Part shown: positions 47,041 through 57,802 of the stretch, one piece after another
How positions within the stretch are numbered: the first letter of the stretch is position 1
Layout of the letters: every line of letters begins with the position of its first letter
Assembly: GCA_965214705.1 (NCBI GenBank)
Contig: CBDCCI010000002.1
Span: 1,120,001-1,184,000, forward strand
Origin: Alphaproteobacteria bacterium
Lineage (GTDB): Bacteria; Pseudomonadota; Alphaproteobacteria; UBA828
Direction: 5' to 3'
Length of the DNA stretch: 64,000 nucleotides
The notes under the pieces: generated by a model
Databases searched by the model: none
Seen by the model: only the letters and a program-made list of their open reading frames with translations
Told to the model about the DNA's origin: nothing
Program-made: the position numbers and the translations under genes

Positions 47041-47949
47041 ATGGCGGACCACGTGCGGGCGCTGCCGGGCAGCGAAGCCGAGACGCGGGCGCTCCTCGAG
47101 GAGGGGCGCTACGTCGCGGACGACGCGCTGGTCAAGACCCTCTACCTGAGCTTCGCCCTCGGCCGCCCCTTGCTGCTGGAGGGCGAGGCCGGCTGCGGCA
47201 AGACCCAGCTCGCCGCGACCCTTGCCGAGACCCTCGGCCGCCGTCTGCTGCGCCTGCAATGCCACGAGGGGCTCGATTCGGCGGCCGCCGTCTACGAGTG
47301 GAACTACGCCGCCCAGATGCTCGCAATTCGCCTGGCCGAGCGCGGCGGCACCGGGCGCGACGCCCTGGCCGAGGACATCTTCGGCGAGCGCTTCCTGGTC
47401 AAGCGACCGCTGCTCACGGCGCTCGAGCCCGACCCTCTCGGCCCGCCGGTGCTGCTCATCGACGAGATCGACCGGGCCGATGCGCCCTTCGAGGCCTACC
47501 TGCTGGAGGTGCTCTCCGAATTCCAGGTGAGCGTGCCCGAGGTCGGCACGGTCACCGCCGCCGAGCGGCCCGTTGTCGTCATCACGTCGAACCGCACGCG
47601 CGAGGTGCACGACGCGCTCAAGCGGCGCTGCCTCTACCACTGGGTCGACTACCCGGATGCCGTGCAGGAGAAGGCGATCCTGCGCGCGCGCCTGCCGGGG
47701 GTGGAGCAACGGCTGAGCGACAACATCGCCGCGTTCATCGAGCGCATGCAGAAGGCCGATCTTTCCACGGTGCCGGGGCTCGGCGAGGTGATCGCGTGGT
47801 CGAGCGCCGTGGTCCAGCTGGACCAGATCGAGCTCGATCCCGAGACCATCCAGGCCAATCTCGAGCGCCTGCTGGCGTATCAACGGGGCCTCGCGGAGGC
47901 CAGCGGCCGCGCGCCGACAAACCCCCTCCCGCCGGGGCAGCGGCCGTGA
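47041..47949 (+). CDS. MoxR family AAA+ ATPase (CoxD-like)
   Basis: [46 protein letters not shown]. Confidence 0.92.
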   Translation: MADHVRALPGSEAETRALLEEGRYVADDALVKTLYLSFALGRPLLLEGEAGCGKTQLAATLAETLGRRLLRLQCHEGLDSAAAVYEWNYAAQMLAIRLAERGGTGRDALAEDIFGERFLVKRPLLTALEPDPLGPPVLLIDEIDRADAPFEAYLLEVLSEFQVSVPEVGTVTAAERPVVVITSNRTREVHDALKRRCLYHWVDYPDAVQEKAILRARLPGVEQRLSDNIAAFIERMQKADLSTVPGLGEVIAWSSAVVQLDQIELDPETIQANLERLLAYQRGLAEASGRAPTNPLPPGQRP

Positions 47950-49160
47950 CGACCTGGCAGCAGACGTTCGAGTCCGAGGCGGGCGGCACTCTCGCCTATA
48001 ACGTCATGCACTTCGTGCGGGGCCTGCGCGGCGCCGGCCTTCCGGCCGGGCCCGGCAAGACCATCGAGGCGGTGCGCGCGGTCGAGGCGGTGGACCCCAT
48101 CCGGCGCAGCGATCTCTACTGGGCGCTCCACGCCGTGCTCGTCGAGCGGCGCGATCAGCACGATCTCTTCGACCAGGCGTTCCGGCTGTTCTGGCGTGAA
48201 ATCCGCATGGAGAGCGCGGTTCCGGGGCCGGTCATGGCGACCGACCGGCTGCCCCAGCCGGAGGCGCCGCCGGCGAGCCGCCGGGCCAGCGAGGCCATCG
48301 CGCCCCGCCTGCCGGAAGAGGAGGAAAACGAGGAGAACGTCGAGATCGAGCTCGACGCGGTGCTCACCTTCTCCCCCCAGGAGGTGCTGCAGGAGATGGA
48401 CTTCGAGGACATGTCGGCGGACGAGCTGGCCGAGGCCAAGCGGGCGATCGCGGCGCTCCGGCTGCCGATCAAGCCGGTGCCGACCCGGCGCTTCTGGCCC
48501 GATCCGCTCGGCCGGCGCATCGACATGCGCGCGACGCTCCGCGCGAGCCTGCGCTCCAGCGGCGACATGATGCCGCTCAAGCGCCGCTCCCGCGCCGAGC
48601 GGCTGCCGGCGCTGGTGGTGCTCTGCGACGTGTCGGGCTCGATGAGCCGCTACTCGCGCATGTTCCTGCACTTCGTCCACGCTGTGACCAACGACCGCGA
48701 CCGGGTGCACAGCTTCCTCTTCGGCACCCGGCTCACCAACATCACGCGCCACCTCCGGCACCGCGACGTCGATGTCGCCATGAGCCGCGCAAGCCGGGCC
48801 GTGCGCGACTGGTCCGGCGGCACCCGGATCGGCCCCTGCCTCAAGGACTTCAACCATTACTGGTCGCGCCGCGTGCTGGCCCAGGGCGCGCTGGTGCTGC
48901 TGATCACCGACGGGCTCGACCGCGACGATCTCGTCATCCTGCAGGCCGAGGTGGAGCGGCTGCACAAGTCCTGCCGCCGCCTGATCTGGCTTAATCCGCT
49001 GCTCCGCTACGAGGGCTTCAAGCCCGAGGCCGGCGGCGTGCGCACGATCCTGCCGCATATCGACGAGTTCCGGCCGGTCCACAACATCGCGAGCCTCATG
49101 GACATCGCCGCCGCCCTGAGCGAGCCGACAGTCGCCGAGCCGAGCGCCGCCTGGAGTTGA
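47946..49160 (+). CDS. VWA domain protein (CoxE-like)
   Basis: [38 protein letters not shown]; GTGA coupling. Confidence 0.92.
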   Translation: MTTWQQTFESEAGGTLAYNVMHFVRGLRGAGLPAGPGKTIEAVRAVEAVDPIRRSDLYWALHAVLVERRDQHDLFDQAFRLFWREIRMESAVPGPVMATDRLPQPEAPPASRRASEAIAPRLPEEEENEENVEIELDAVLTFSPQEVLQEMDFEDMSADELAEAKRAIAALRLPIKPVPTRRFWPDPLGRRIDMRATLRASLRSSGDMMPLKRRSRAERLPALVVLCDVSGSMSRYSRMFLHFVHAVTNDRDRVHSFLFGTRLTNITRHLRHRDVDVAMSRASRAVRDWSGGTRIGPCLKDFNHYWSRRVLAQGALVLLITDGLDRDDLVILQAEVERLHKSCRRLIWLNPLLRYEGFKPEAGGVRTILPHIDEFRPVHNIASLMDIAAALSEPTVAEPSAAWS

Positions 49161-49214
49161 GACCGGACCCATCGCCCCGGTCGCGAACCGCCTCGAGCGC
49201 GCCCCAACCCTCTT

Positions 49215-49445
49215 TGAACGTTCTCTACGCGTTCATTGGCCTGCCGTTCCCGCTCGCAGTCATGCTTGCGATCCCGATCGTGGCCTTGTTCGGGCGGGTG
49301 GCGGAGCGCCTGATCTTCCGACCGACGCGGAAGAACATCCTGGCCAATTTCATGGCCACCGCAGGTCTTGCGTCTATCCTGCAAGTGCTCGCGGAGCAGA
49401 TTTGGGGTGTCGGTATCGCCAAGAGCATTCCTACGGCGTCGCTTA
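49215..49445 (+). pseudogene. internal fragment of a LivH-type ABC permease
   Basis: GLPFPLAVMLAIPIVALFGRVAERLIFRP..FMATAGLASILQ..IWG parallels the intact LivH at 24975 (AIERGMLRPL..FMATIGLSFLL..VWG); no N- or C-terminal part; boundaries approximate. Confidence 0.65.
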
Positions 49446-49487
49446 GGCTAAGCTGGTCGCGATGTCGGCAGCTTCGGGGAGAAAGCC

Positions 49488-50273
49488 ATGAAAGTCGGTC
49501 TGGAGGGTAAGCGGACGCTGGTTACTGGCGCGGCAAGCGGCATCGGGCGCGCCATCGCTGAGGCCTACGCGCGAGAAGGGGCGACGGTCGCGGTCCACGC
49601 GCGGAGCGAGGAACGGGCGGCGGAGACACTCGACGCTATCGCCGATGCCGGCGGCAAGGCCTTCGCCGCGCCGGCCGATCTGACCGACGCCGCGGCCATC
49701 GAGGCGATGTGCAAGGCCGCCGTCGAGCGGCTCGGCGGCATCGACGTGGTCGTGAACAACGCCGGGGTCGCCGACGTCAAGAAGGTCGTCGACATGGACG
49801 AGGCCATGTGGGACTGGATCATGGCGGTCAACCTGAAGGCGCCGTACCTGGTCTCCAAGCACACGTTGCCGGCGATGATCGAGCAGGGCGCAGGCGGCGT
49901 GCAGCTCTTCAACGCGTCCACCAACGCCAAGACGGCGGATGCGGAGTGGACCGCCTACAACACGACCAAGCACGGCCTGGTCGGCTTCGTGCGCTGTCTC
50001 GCCGCCGAGGTGGGCGAGCACAACATCCGGGTCAACGCCATCTGTCCCGGCTGGATCGAAACCAAGATGGCGGTGGCGCTGCACGAGGACATGGCGCGCG
50101 ATCTCGGCGAGCCCTACGAGAAGGTCTATGACGAGAGCATGCGCACCAACATGCTGAGCGCCCTGATCCCGCCGACTGCGATCGCCGAGATGGCGGTCTA
50201 TCTGGCCGGCGATCCCGGCCGTTACGTCACCGGCCAGGCGATCAACGTCTGCGCCGGCCTGAGCATCCACTGA
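49488..50273 (+). CDS. short-chain dehydrogenase/reductase
   Basis: TGAASGIG, NNAG, YNTTK, VNAICPG. Confidence 0.95.
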   Translation: MKVGLEGKRTLVTGAASGIGRAIAEAYAREGATVAVHARSEERAAETLDAIADAGGKAFAAPADLTDAAAIEAMCKAAVERLGGIDVVVNNAGVADVKKVVDMDEAMWDWIMAVNLKAPYLVSKHTLPAMIEQGAGGVQLFNASTNAKTADAEWTAYNTTKHGLVGFVRCLAAEVGEHNIRVNAICPGWIETKMAVALHEDMARDLGEPYEKVYDESMRTNMLSALIPPTAIAEMAVYLAGDPGRYVTGQAINVCAGLSIH

Positions 50274-50286
50274 ACGGCGACGGTGG

Positions 50287-51174
50287 TCAGCCGGACTGGC
50301 GATCGAGGAAGTCGCGCAGCGCCGCGAAGTAAGCTTCGGGCTCCTCGAAGAACGGCGTGTGCGAGCTGTTGGGAAAGACCATGCTCGTCGCGTTCGGCAG
50401 CACGTCCTGCATGAGCATGGCGCCTTCGGGCGTGAGCTCGTCGTGGAGGCCGCTCACGATCAGGCAAGGCACCGCGATGCGCCCCATCTCAGCGAGCCGG
50501 TCCCAATCCTTGAGCGTGCCGACGCAGCAGAACTCGTTGGGTCCCCACATCGTGCCGTAGACATCCATGTTGATGCCGTCGAGCGAGCGTTGCAGCGGCG
50601 CGGGCCACGCGTCGAGCCGGCACAGGTGCCTGTGGTACAGGATCGTGATGGCGGCCTCGTAAGTGGGGTGGTCGGTGGTTCCCTGCGCCTCGTGGCGCTG
50701 CATCATGGCCACCGTCTCGGGCCCCAGGGCAGCGCGCAGGCGCTTCATCTCCGCGACCGTGTGCGGCACGCAGCCCGAGCCGTTGGCGATCACATAGGAC
50801 GCGACGTTCTCCTGGTGTTTCAGGCAGTAGTCCGTCGCCAGCCAGGTTCCCCACGATTGCCCGAGAAGGTGGACGCGGCCCAGCCCGAGTGCGCTCCGCA
50901 CCGCTTCGACCTCGTCAACGTAGCGGGGTACGTTGTAGAGCGAGGTGTCGCCCGGCTTGTCCGACTCGCCGCAGCCGAGCTGGTCGTAGGCCACCACACG
51001 CCAGCCGTGGTCCGCCATTACCGAGTGGCTGTCCCGCACATAATCGCAGGGCAGGCCGGGGCCGCCGTGAAGAATGAGCAGCACCCGCTCGCCTTCACCA
51101 AAGCTGTAGACGGCCACCTCGCCGCCCTCCACGGCGACGCGGCAGGTCTCGTCAGGCTGTCTCTCTTCGCTCAT
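50287..51174 (-). CDS. proline iminopeptidase / L-amino acid amidase family (S33) hydrolase
   Basis: HGGPG, YDQLGCG.S, GQSWG nucleophile, MWGPNEF, HDE, SSH. Confidence 0.9.
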   Translation of the reverse strand: MSEERQPDETCRVAVEGGEVAVYSFGEGERVLLILHGGPGLPCDYVRDSHSVMADHGWRVVAYDQLGCGESDKPGDTSLYNVPRYVDEVEAVRSALGLGRVHLLGQSWGTWLATDYCLKHQENVASYVIANGSGCVPHTVAEMKRLRAALGPETVAMMQRHEAQGTTDHPTYEAAITILYHRHLCRLDAWPAPLQRSLDGINMDVYGTMWGPNEFCCVGTLKDWDRLAEMGRIAVPCLIVSGLHDELTPEGAMLMQDVLPNATSMVFPNSSHTPFFEEPEAYFAALRDFLDRQSG

Positions 51175-51189
51175 CGATCGGTTCCTCCG

Positions 51190-52167
51190 CTACCCCGAGG
51201 CGTCGTAGGTGTCGCAGTACTCGGCGTACATGCGCTCGTAACGCTCCGCGTTCATCGTGGAGTAGATGCGAAAGTCGAAGTCGATGGGCTTGTCCATCAC
51301 CTCGGAGACGAAGCTCCAGGTGGTCTCGCGGATGGCGGAAACGACCGTCGCAGCCGCGAAGCGGTGGCGCAGCTCATCGGTGGCCGGCGTCTCGAAATAG
51401 GTCTCGAGATAAGGGTCGATCTCGTCCGGCCTGATCTCGATGTTCATGGCCAGCACCCCGAGATCGAACAGATCCACCGTGAACCCGCCGAACTCCCAGT
51501 CGACGAACCAGACGCGCTCGCCGTCGTCCATGATGTTCTGCGGGTTGAGGTCGTTATGGCCGAAGACGATGGTCGCCGGCCCCATCGCGCGCTCCAGCGC
51601 CTCGTTCGCTGCGGCGAGGCCCGGCAGCATGTCACGCCATCGCTCGTAGAGCCGGTCGGAGCGCTCCTGCAGCAGCCGGATGTACGCACGATGATGCTGG
51701 AACGGCCAGAACATGAAGCCCGTCGAGTCCAGATGCTTGTGGGCCTCACCATGTAGCTGGCGGAAGAGGCGGGCCACCTTGGCGAGCTGCGCCGGCTCGT
51801 GCACGTCGGCCGGCAGCAGCGAGCGGCCTTCGATGAAGCGGATCACCATCAGGCCGGGCTCGGCGTAGACCACCTCCGGCGCGACGCCCGCTGCGTGGGC
51901 GGCACGGAAGGCCCGGAGCTCGTGGTCGCGGGAGACGCCGAAGAAGGGCTCGTCCTCGCCAACGCGGATCACGTAGCGCTCGCCGGCGTCGTCTGCAGTG
52001 AGGTTGATGTTGCTCAAGCCCCCGCTCAGCAGAACGGGCTCGACCGGGCCGCTCCAGATCGGCAGCGCGCGGGCGCGCTCGATCGCGGCACCGCTGCGCG
52101 CCTCCATGCCGCGGGCGCCGCCGATCAGATCGTAGACATCGTCGTCGGAGGTGGGGGTCTTCGTCAT
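51190..52167 (-). CDS. choline/ethanolamine kinase-like phosphotransferase
   Basis: SGGLSN, Brenner motif HNDLNPQN, VDWEF. Confidence 0.85.
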   Translation of the reverse strand: MTKTPTSDDDVYDLIGGARGMEARSGAAIERARALPIWSGPVEPVLLSGGLSNINLTADDAGERYVIRVGEDEPFFGVSRDHELRAFRAAHAAGVAPEVVYAEPGLMVIRFIEGRSLLPADVHEPAQLAKVARLFRQLHGEAHKHLDSTGFMFWPFQHHRAYIRLLQERSDRLYERWRDMLPGLAAANEALERAMGPATIVFGHNDLNPQNIMDDGERVWFVDWEFGGFTVDLFDLGVLAMNIEIRPDEIDPYLETYFETPATDELRHRFAAATVVSAIRETTWSFVSEVMDKPIDFDFRIYSTMNAERYERMYAEYCDTYDASG

Positions 52168-54611
52168 GTCCTGACCCGGTCATTGCCGGGGTCGTAGAGT
52201 GGCCGCAGGTGGAGCTCGGCCGGCACTTCCCGCGTCGCGACCTCGAGCGAGTACGTGCCGCTGGCAAGGTAATCGTCGCTGACACCCGCCGGGTTCCGCA
52301 CGTAGCCCATGCCGATGCTCCGGCCGACGGTATGGCCGAAGCCGCCGGAGGCAAGCCAGCCGACGCGCTCGCCGTTTCGGATGATCGTCTCTCGGCCCCA
52401 GAGCTGCACCTCCGGATCATCGTCGATGGTGAACGTCACCAGGCGGCGGGTCAGCGGCCGCTCCCGCTGCTTGCGCACGGCGTCCTGGCCGATGAACTCG
52501 GTCGGCTTGTCGAACGCAACCGCAAAGCCGAGCCCCGCCTCCAGCGGGTTGAAGTCCGGGCCGATGTCGGCGGCCCAGACACGGTAGCCCTTCTCCAGCC
52601 GCAGGCTGTCGATCGCCCGGTAGCCAGCGTCGCACAGACCGTGCGCGGCTCCCGCCGCCTTCAGCGCATCGTAGACCGTGAGCATGTACTCGGTGGCGAC
52701 GTGAAGCTCCCAGCCGAGCTCGCCCACGAAGGTGATGCGCATGGCGCGCACGGGCGCGCCGGCCGCGTAGATCTCTCGCACCGCACCGAAGGGGAAGGCC
52801 TCCGCCCCTAGCCCTCCTTCCGCTACGGACGCGAGAATCTCGCGGGCGCGCGGTCCCATCAGCGCGAGAACCCCGTAGGCCGAGGTTACGTCGATCAGCG
52901 AGGCGTGGGCATCCGGGTCGATGTTCCGGCTGATGTGGTCGAAGTCGTGGGTCGCGAAGCCCGTGCCGGTGACGATGTAGAAAGAGTCCTCTGCGATCCG
53001 CGCGACGGTCAGGTCGCATTCGATTCCGCCGTTCCGGTTAAGCATCTGCGTATAGGTGATCCGCCCCGGCGGCTTGCCCACATCGGCGGCGCAGATGCGT
53101 TGCAGGCAGGCTTCCGCATCGCGCCCCACCAGCGCGTACTTGGCGAAGGACGACTGGTCGAAGAGCGCGGCCGCATCCCGACACGCTGCGTGTTCGACGG
53201 CCACATGTGCGTGCCAGTGGGGGCGCGTGAAGCTGTCGATCTCCACCGGCTTGACTCCCTCGGGCGCGAACCAATTGGGCCGTTCCCAGCCGAACTTGGC
53301 GCCGAAGCAGGCGCGATTGTCCGCAAGGCGGTCATAGATCGCGCTGCGCCGGAGCGGCCGGCCGGCCTTCATCTCCTCGCGGGGCCAGACGATGGTGTAG
53401 TGATGGCCCTGGCCCTCCAGCGAGCGAACCAAAACCTGGCTGTCGGCGCGGTGATAGCCGCCGAAGCGGCGAATATCGAAGCTCCAGATGTCGTAGGGCG
53501 GCTCGCCGTTCAAAATCCACTCGCCGAGCGCCATGCCGGCGCCGCCACAGCCGGTGAGCCCGTAGGCATTGAAGCCCGCACTTACGAAGATGTTGCGCAC
53601 CTCCGGCGCCTCGCCCATCACCGGATTCTGATCCTCAGTGAAGGATTCCAGGCCGTTGAACCAGCTCTTGATGCCGGCGGTCTTGAGCACGGGTATCCAG
53701 TCGAGCAATCCCTCGAGCCGCGGCATGAAGTGGTCGAGGTTCTCGGGCATGAGCTTGAACTCATGGTCCTTGGGGATCGGATCGGTGAACGGGATGGGAT
53801 CGGGGTCGTATTGGCCGACCAGCAACCCGCCGACCTCCTCGCGGATGTAGTGCCAGAGGTCCGGGTCCCGCGTCGTCGGCAGGTCGCGGGTGACGCCCTC
53901 GATCGGCTCGGTGATGAAGTAGCAGTGATGCGAGGGCTGGATCGGGACGTTCACGCCTGCGAGCCGGCCCACCTCGCGCGACCAGATGCCGCAGCAGATC
54001 ACCGCGATCTCGCAGCGGATCGTGCCGCGCTCCGTCGCCACGGCGGCGACGCGGCCCTGCTCGATCTCGAAACCGGTGACCGCCGTGTCCTCGAAGAGCC
54101 GGGCGCCGTACTGGCGTGCCCCCTTGGCGAGCGCCATGCACGTATCCGACGGGCTCAAGGCGCCGTCCGTGGGGATGTAGAGCGCGCAATCCACGTGATC
54201 GATGGTCATGAAGGGGAACAGCGCCTGCGCTTCCTTCGCCGATATCAGCTCCATCTCGACGCCGAAGGAGCGCGCCGTCGTGATCGCCCGCTCGTATTCG
54301 CGCCGGCGGTCGATATTCGAGGCGACCCGCATGCCGCCCGTGCGGTGCCAGCCGGTGGCCTGCCCCGTTTCCTCCTCCAGCGACGCGTAGAGGTCCGCGC
54401 CGTAGGCCATGAGCCTGCCGGCATTGGGATCGGTGCGGAACTGCGCGAAGGCGCCGGCGGCGTGCCAGGTCGAGCCAGACGTGAGCTTGGCCTTCTCGAC
54501 CAGGACGACATCGTCGCGGCCGTGTTTGGCCAGATGGTACGCGGTGGCACAGCCGATCGCCCCTCCGCCGATAATCACGACGCGCGCCTGGTCGGGAAAC
54601 CCCTGGGTCAT
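52164..54611 (-). CDS. GcvT-family FAD-dependent dehydrogenase (dimethylglycine/sarcosine dehydrogenase-like)
   Basis: IIGGGAIG, TSGSTWHAAG, GWERPNWF, GELGWELH, SLRLEKG, PLYDP; ATG 54611. Confidence 0.93.
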   Translation of the reverse strand: MTQGFPDQARVVIIGGGAIGCATAYHLAKHGRDDVVLVEKAKLTSGSTWHAAGAFAQFRTDPNAGRLMAYGADLYASLEEETGQATGWHRTGGMRVASNIDRRREYERAITTARSFGVEMELISAKEAQALFPFMTIDHVDCALYIPTDGALSPSDTCMALAKGARQYGARLFEDTAVTGFEIEQGRVAAVATERGTIRCEIAVICCGIWSREVGRLAGVNVPIQPSHHCYFITEPIEGVTRDLPTTRDPDLWHYIREEVGGLLVGQYDPDPIPFTDPIPKDHEFKLMPENLDHFMPRLEGLLDWIPVLKTAGIKSWFNGLESFTEDQNPVMGEAPEVRNIFVSAGFNAYGLTGCGGAGMALGEWILNGEPPYDIWSFDIRRFGGYHRADSQVLVRSLEGQGHHYTIVWPREEMKAGRPLRRSAIYDRLADNRACFGAKFGWERPNWFAPEGVKPVEIDSFTRPHWHAHVAVEHAACRDAAALFDQSSFAKYALVGRDAEACLQRICAADVGKPPGRITYTQMLNRNGGIECDLTVARIAEDSFYIVTGTGFATHDFDHISRNIDPDAHASLIDVTSAYGVLALMGPRAREILASVAEGGLGAEAFPFGAVREIYAAGAPVRAMRITFVGELGWELHVATEYMLTVYDALKAAGAAHGLCDAGYRAIDSLRLEKGYRVWAADIGPDFNPLEAGLGFAVAFDKPTEFIGQDAVRKQRERPLTRRLVTFTIDDDPEVQLWGRETIIRNGERVGWLASGGFGHTVGRSIGMGYVRNPAGVSDDYLASGTYSLEVATREVPAELHLRPLYDPGNDRVRT

Positions 54612-54693
54612 CCGCTGCGGTCTCTCTGGCTCAGTGCTTGGCGGGCGCGAGTGTACCAGCGGGGTACCCGGATCACGAAGCGAGGCGGGGGAG

Positions 54694-56214
54694 TCAGGCG
54701 TTGGCGCGCAGGATGTGGTGGGCCGCGTTGTGACCGGGAGCGCCGGTGACCTCGCCCGCCGGGTGCGTGCCGCCGCCGCAGAGATAGAAGTTGCGGATAT
54801 CCGTGCCGTAGCCGGGGCGCGCATTCAGGAACTGGCTCGGCACGACGTCGAGATGGCGGATGGCGCCGTCGGTAATTCCCGTGCGCTGCTCGATGTCCCA
54901 GGGGCTCATGAACATCCATTCCCGGATGGCGGAGCGGAAGTTGGGAACGAACCGCGTCACGTAATCGATCACGCCTTCGCCCACCTCCTCGCGGCGCTCC
55001 TCCCAGGTGCCTGTGGCGAGACGGGGAGGCGCGTAGAGACCCCAGATCGAGCAAATGTGCCCGTCCCGGTCAGTCAGAGTCTCGTCGTGGAGGGTCGGCA
55101 CCTGAAGGTGGCAGATCGGCTCGCTGCAGGGCTCGCCCGTGCGCATTTCCGCACCCGCCAGCGCGTAATGGTCCAGGCTCGGCGCGATCAGGATGTAGGA
55201 GATCGGCGGGCCGTCGTAGCCGTTGAGGTAGCCTGAAACGTCCGGGGGCTCGTCCATCACGCAATGGAACTTGAAGTAGCCGGTCTCGGTCTTGAGCCGC
55301 TCCACCCGGCTTGAGAGACCGGCCGGCAGGTCCTCGGGCGCGAAAAGAGTGCGATAGGTGCGCTTGGGGTCGGCGTTCGAGAGCACCATCCCGGCGCGGA
55401 TCTCCTCGCCCGATGCGAGGCGTACGCCGGTGGCCGCGCCGTCCTCCACCAGCACCTGCGCGACTGGGGCGTCGCAGCGGATCTCGCCACCCTGCTCTTC
55501 CACCGCCTCGGCCATGAAGCGGGTAATGGAGCCCATGCCGCCTTCCACGACGTAGAAGCCGTGTCCGCCGGCGGCGCCGAATTGGAAGAAGACCTCCGCC
55601 CAGGCGCTGCCATTGGCGTAGGGGTCGGCCATGTCCTGCACGTAGAGCATCATCGCGCGCACGCGCTCGTCCTCGAAATAGTCGGCCGCGAGGTCGACGA
55701 GCGAGGTGGTCAGAAAACGCTCCAGCACGGCCTCGTCGCCGTTCGCCTTGGCACGCTCCCAGACGTCGGAGAGCGTGGGCGGGTCTGTCAGCATGTAGGG
55801 CTGCACCAGCCCGGTCGCGCGGGTCCACAGGTCCACCCACTCGGGAAAGCGCTCGGCATCGCGCGCGTTCAGCCGCGCGATCGAATCGATCGTGCGCTCC
55901 ATGTCGTAGTGAAGGAATGCGTGCGAGCCGTCTTCGTAAGGCAGGAACACGGGTGGGTCGATCAGGTGCATGGTCAACCCGCGCGCGTCGAGCCCCATGT
56001 CGTCCCGCACCTTCTGCTCCAGCTTCCACATGACGTAGGAGCAGGACGAGACGCGGTAGCCCTCGAAAAGCTCTTCCGTCGCGCACGCACCACCGACGAA
56101 CGGTCTTCGCTCGCAGAGCAGCACCTTGCGTCCGGCACGTGAGAGATAGAAAGCGGCGACCAGCCCATTATGGCCCGCGCCGACGATGATCGCGTCGTAT
56201 TCTGCGTTCGCCAT
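54694..56214 (-). CDS. phytoene desaturase superfamily FAD oxidoreductase (PYROXD2-like)
   Basis: GAGHNGL, VGGACATEE, GGMGSI, SNADP, CGGGTHP.G.V.G.PGHNAA. Confidence 0.88.
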   Translation of the reverse strand: MANAEYDAIIVGAGHNGLVAAFYLSRAGRKVLLCERRPFVGGACATEELFEGYRVSSCSYVMWKLEQKVRDDMGLDARGLTMHLIDPPVFLPYEDGSHAFLHYDMERTIDSIARLNARDAERFPEWVDLWTRATGLVQPYMLTDPPTLSDVWERAKANGDEAVLERFLTTSLVDLAADYFEDERVRAMMLYVQDMADPYANGSAWAEVFFQFGAAGGHGFYVVEGGMGSITRFMAEAVEEQGGEIRCDAPVAQVLVEDGAATGVRLASGEEIRAGMVLSNADPKRTYRTLFAPEDLPAGLSSRVERLKTETGYFKFHCVMDEPPDVSGYLNGYDGPPISYILIAPSLDHYALAGAEMRTGEPCSEPICHLQVPTLHDETLTDRDGHICSIWGLYAPPRLATGTWEERREEVGEGVIDYVTRFVPNFRSAIREWMFMSPWDIEQRTGITDGAIRHLDVVPSQFLNARPGYGTDIRNFYLCGGGTHPAGEVTGAPGHNAAHHILRANA

Positions 56215-56372
56215 GTCGCCGTCCTTCTCCCTGCGGGCGTTGGGTGCTCAGCTTGCAACCGGCAGGCGCGCATGGGCAAGTGCGCCGCCTCGCCCCAAGA
56301 CGCCCGATGACTCAGCCGATGGGTCGGGTAGACTGATAGAGGATGAGAGTCACCAGGGAGAGGAGCAATACG

Positions 56373-56753
56373 ATGCTCGACTATGTGACGCTGAAGGACG
56401 AGGGCGGGCTTGAGCCGTGGCCGCCGCTGGAGGAGCTGCCGTTCGTGAACGTGCTCGACGGCAACCCCGTGCACGAGGGGCGTTTCGATCTGGGCGGGTT
56501 CGGCATGCGCACGATGGCAGGTGTCTGGCAGTGCACGCCGGGCAGTTTCGAATACACGTATCCCGGCGACGAGATCTGCACCCTGCTCCAGGGCAAGATC
56601 CACGTGACCGAACAGGACGGCACCACCCACACCTATACCGCCGGCGACATCTTCTACACGAACAAAGGCGAGAAGGTGACCTGGGTGATCGAGGAGACCG
56701 TCCGCAAGGTTTTCTTCATTCACGATCCCGAGTCCGAGCAGCTCGCCGCCTAG
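56373..56753 (+). CDS. cupin domain protein (DUF861/EutQ-like)
   Basis: GVWQCTPG.F..Y..DE.C.LL.G, W.I.ETVRK; GAGGAG RBS before ATG 56373. Confidence 0.88.
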   Translation: MLDYVTLKDEGGLEPWPPLEELPFVNVLDGNPVHEGRFDLGGFGMRTMAGVWQCTPGSFEYTYPGDEICTLLQGKIHVTEQDGTTHTYTAGDIFYTNKGEKVTWVIEETVRKVFFIHDPESEQLAA

Positions 56754-56868
56754 GCGGGCTCTCACATCCCGGCGGCGCCGCGCCGTGCGCTCATGCGCGT
56801 GGCGCGTCCGCCGCGACCGCTTTGGGGTTCCAAATTAGCGTCGGCCGCTCCAGACAAGCGAGGCAACC

Positions 56869-57771
56869 ATGAACGAAGTGCGTTCAATCGACCGGCATGC
56901 GTCGGCCGACGAGGCGATGGCGATCCTCGAAGAGGACGGCGCCGTCATCTACCGCCAGGTTGTCGATGACGAGGTGGTCGACAGGGTCAATGCCGAGCTC
57001 GAACCCTTCCTGTCACGCGCCTACTACGGCGAAGGCGAGTTCTGGGGGAACAAGACGAAGCGGGTCAGCTCCCTGGTCGCGAAGTCCAAGAGCTACGGCG
57101 AAGAGCTCGCCACGTGCCCGCAGATACTTGGCGTAATGGACCGCCTTCTGCTGCCGCGCTGCGAACGCTACCAGCTTCACGTCACCCAGGCCGTGCGGAT
57201 CGGCCCCGGTCAGGGACTGCAGATCATCCACCGCGACGACGCGCTGATGCCCTTCCGCCACCCTGGGCCGCAGTGCCTGTGCAACACGATGTGGGCGCTC
57301 ACCGACTTCACATACGAGAACGGCACCACCAACGTGGTTCTGGGAAGCCATGTCTGGGACGACGACACCTATCCCGACGACGACACTCCGAGAGCCTGTG
57401 CCGTCATGCCGCGCGGCTCGTGCCTGATCTATCTGGGCTCGGTCTATCACGGCGGCGGCCAGAACAATACCGAGGACGAGTGGCGCACCGGCGCGATCAC
57501 CGGCTACAGCCTGGGATGGCTGCGTCAGGAGGAGAACCAGTACCTCGCGGTCCCTCCGGCCGTGGCAAAAGACCTGCGCGAGGACGTGCAGCACCTGATC
57601 GGCTACCACCTGCACGACATATTCCTGGGATGGGTCGAGGGCCACGATCCTCACATCGTGCTGGAGGATCGCTACAGCGATGTCATGCCGGCAGTGTCAG
57701 AGGGCGGCGAGTATGTCGACGACAGCATGCTCTTCAAAACGGCGATACTCGGCCAGTCGAGCCGGCACTAA
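56869..57771 (+). CDS. phytanoyl-CoA dioxygenase (PhyH) family Fe(II)/2-oxoglutarate oxygenase
   Basis: HRDD, WALTDFT..NG.T, GSH, YHGGG.N, WLRQEENQYL. Confidence 0.92.
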   Translation: MNEVRSIDRHASADEAMAILEEDGAVIYRQVVDDEVVDRVNAELEPFLSRAYYGEGEFWGNKTKRVSSLVAKSKSYGEELATCPQILGVMDRLLLPRCERYQLHVTQAVRIGPGQGLQIIHRDDALMPFRHPGPQCLCNTMWALTDFTYENGTTNVVLGSHVWDDDTYPDDDTPRACAVMPRGSCLIYLGSVYHGGGQNNTEDEWRTGAITGYSLGWLRQEENQYLAVPPAVAKDLREDVQHLIGYHLHDIFLGWVEGHDPHIVLEDRYSDVMPAVSEGGEYVDDSMLFKTAILGQSSRH

Positions 57772-57802
57772 TCTGCGCTTCTCACCGGGGCCACGGTAAA
57801 CT

